This document shows positions 62,289 through 64,000 of a stretch of DNA of 64,000 bases, piece after piece. The notes under the pieces were generated by a model. It was not told the origin of the DNA. It saw only the letters and a list, made by a program, of their open reading frames with translations, and did not search any database. Every line of letters begins with the position of its first letter. The first letter of the stretch is position 1. This stretch comes from a bacterium (lineage in GTDB: Bacteria; Patescibacteriota; Microgenomatia; Woykebacterales; RBG-16-39-9b), in assembly GCA_030704665.1 (NCBI GenBank), contig JAUYID010000009.1, positions 330,460-394,459 on the forward strand, given 5' to 3'. A program made the translations under genes and the position numbers.

Positions 62289-62328
62289 CTTTAATAAAAT
62301 ACAAAGCGCCAAACTATAAGGAGGTAAA

Positions 62329-63111
62329 ATGGCCAAAAACAACAATAAATTTGATTTGATCAGACAAGCCTTGGGGTCAGCCGAGTCCAGTATCAAGCTA
62401 GCCAAGCAGCTCTTGGAGGAACTGGAAAGCCCTTCCGCTGGTAGCCACCACCAAAAGACAAACCCTAGCAAAGAATTGCCGGGTGTAGTTGGTATTTTTG
62501 ATGGCGAAAAGATGGTCGCTGAGAGTGGGGAAAGCTTTCCCGTGGCAGAAAACTATGCCTCCAAAAGTTTATTGGTTGCTGGGGACACTCTAAAATTGGT
62601 GGAGGAGGGGGGAGAAAAGAGGTTTAAACAAATTGAACACGTAAAAAGACACAAATCAGTTGGTATTCTTACCAAAAAGGATGGAAAATGGAGGGTCGTC
62701 ACTTCAGAAGGATCCTACAAAGTTTTGCCCGCAGCGGTGACTCATTTTGACGGTGAGGTTGGGGACGAAGTCAGTTTACATTTACCAGCAACCAACCTCT
62801 CGACCTCCTTTGGTGCGATAGAATCGATAAGTAAAAAATCCACGAGCGTTTCTGAAGCCCCTCCCGTACCAGAAGACATTGTTTCACAGCAGAGTAAGCA
62901 AAAGGTTCATAATGAGCCAAGGAAAAAGCCAGGCAAGCCAAAACCGTCTGGTACCAAAAAAGAAATTGCCAAGGAGACAAGCAAAAAAGAAGCTCCCAAA
63001 AAAGAAATAGAGTACAAAGAGGTTGAAATAGCTCAGGCAACAGTACCAAAGGCAGAAAAGGTTGAACTCCCACCAGTCAAAGAAGTCGTCGATGAGGACG
63101 AGTTGACTTAG
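62329..63111 (+). CDS. Hypothetical protein with globular N-terminal half and Lys/Pro/Glu-rich low-complexity C-terminus
   Basis: 260-aa ORF immediately downstream of the second ATPase, with an AGGAGG SD. Confidence 0.5.
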   Translation: MAKNNNKFDLIRQALGSAESSIKLAKQLLEELESPSAGSHHQKTNPSKELPGVVGIFDGEKMVAESGESFPVAENYASKSLLVAGDTLKLVEEGGEKRFKQIEHVKRHKSVGILTKKDGKWRVVTSEGSYKVLPAAVTHFDGEVGDEVSLHLPATNLSTSFGAIESISKKSTSVSEAPPVPEDIVSQQSKQKVHNEPRKKPGKPKPSGTKKEIAKETSKKEAPKKEIEYKEVEIAQATVPKAEKVELPPVKEVVDEDELT

Positions 63112-63992
63112 TTTTCTTCCATTTCGTTAAAACCAGGACCATTTTCTTCAATTTCTTTGTGGTTCAAGTTGTCAAAACTTGAGTTCGCCGCAGGGATGTC
63201 TTTGATTTCGACTTCTTCAATTGACTCATCAGATTCGGTTTGAACCGGGTCTTGGTTGGAGAGTAAACCCAAAGCCTCTTCTCTGACGTAGGGAGTGAAG
63301 GAATTGTCAATTGGAAAAATTGGTTGAGAGAGCTTGGGACTTCGCCTGGTTTCACGAATTAAAACTGAAACACTAGATTGCTTTTGAATTGTAACCGCCT
63401 TTATTACCGCTGAGAATTCGGCCCCCAAATTTATTGCCTCCGCGATTTTTTCGCCCCAGAGGTTGTTTAATTTACCAATTCTTTTCCCAGCTGAAGAAAC
63501 AACAGTCACGTCTTTTTTGCTAGCCTTGAGATCGACGGGGTCGCCGGTTTTGAGGGTTGCAAGAAGTTGTGTCATGGCTAGATCTTCAACTTCGATAACT
63601 TTAGTTTTACCGGGTTCTTCAAGAAAGGTGTCAAGATTTACCACCGGTGAGGGAAGATTTTTTAAATCTTCCGCCTTGACACTGGAGAGACGTTTTAGAT
63701 TGTTGGTCGCGATTCCATTGTAGGGATCCAGCTTCAAAACTTTTTGATAAAAAGATTTGGCTTTGCTGATGTTGCCGGTTTCGGTATAGGCTTTGCCCAG
63801 GCGATTTAGGGTATCAACATCGTCAGGATAATCGTTTATTATCTCTAGGTTCAATTTCAAGGCTTGGTCCCACTTGGCTTCGAGAGCGAGTTGGATGGCC
63901 TGCTCGGATCTAGGATCAAGTAAAGCTTCGTTCATAGTTACTAGTATAAGAATTAAAGGGCGAGTTTTGTCAAGACCTTGACAGAGGAGCAA
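63108..63992 (-). CDS. TPR-repeat protein
   Basis: N-terminal TPR-like helices (LGKAYTETGNISKAKSFYQKVLKLDPYNGIATNNL). The stop overlaps the convergent upstream gene. Confidence 0.6.
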   Translation of the reverse strand: MLLCQGLDKTRPLILILVTMNEALLDPRSEQAIQLALEAKWDQALKLNLEIINDYPDDVDTLNRLGKAYTETGNISKAKSFYQKVLKLDPYNGIATNNLKRLSSVKAEDLKNLPSPVVNLDTFLEEPGKTKVIEVEDLAMTQLLATLKTGDPVDLKASKKDVTVVSSAGKRIGKLNNLWGEKIAEAINLGAEFSAVIKAVTIQKQSSVSVLIRETRRSPKLSQPIFPIDNSFTPYVREEALGLLSNQDPVQTESDESIEEVEIKDIPAANSSFDNLNHKEIEENGPGFNEMEEN

Positions 63993-64000
63993 AAAAGACG

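Noticed and set aside
1-64000. Alternative genetic code (UGA as sense codon, as in some CPR lineages)
   Set aside because: Well-supported genes (RidA, dnaB and others) terminate at TGA and no conserved protein is interrupted by in-frame TGA. The standard bacterial code fits.

Overview
This 64 kb window looks like a chromosomal segment of a small-genome, low-GC (~42-46%) bacterium. The gene content resembles Patescibacteria/CPR or another reduced lineage. TGA is used as a stop codon, so the code is standard. About 60 genes are dense on both strands. Recognisable housekeeping genes include rpsF-ssb-rpsR, ychF, hisS, dnaB, efp, prfA-prmC, rpmE, lgt, pepA, an M24 peptidase, HtrA, an S41 protease, a DEAD-box helicase, a VKOR/DsbA/ferredoxin trio, an ABC exporter pair, a CPA2 antiporter, an MFS transporter, an RluA-family pseudouridine synthase, a DksA/TraR-type zinc finger, an orphan receiver domain and one tRNA-Leu(CAA). 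The parts that stand out are listed below, roughly in window order.
(1) A cassette-like array at the left edge. A near-identical 24-nt motif, TTGAATTTAAGCGAAGGAAAAAGT, precedes four consecutive small, unrelated ORFs of very different GC content, and a degenerate fifth copy lies further right.
(2) An 800-bp ORF-free stretch full of strong RNA-like stem-loops.
(3) Two copies of a ~75-nt intergenic repeat upstream of the VKOR and ychF genes.
(4) Several GC-rich (53-62%) islands carrying Cys-rich, zinc-ribbon, ATP-grasp, KKAA-repeat histone-like, and LuxR+AT-hook proteins. These are probably foreign.
(5) A cluster of three secreted proteins with dockerin-like Ca-binding repeats, next to a membrane-anchored cohesin-like protein.
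(6) Two paralogous loci, each built around a membrane-anchored VirD4/TraG/FtsK-like P-loop ATPase followed by a large low-complexity protein. These are candidate coupling-ATPase/substrate translocation modules.
No CRISPR array, transposase, integrase, rRNA or obvious prophage was seen. All calls come from reading the sequence and translations by eye. Boundaries of promoters, hairpins and starts are approximate.
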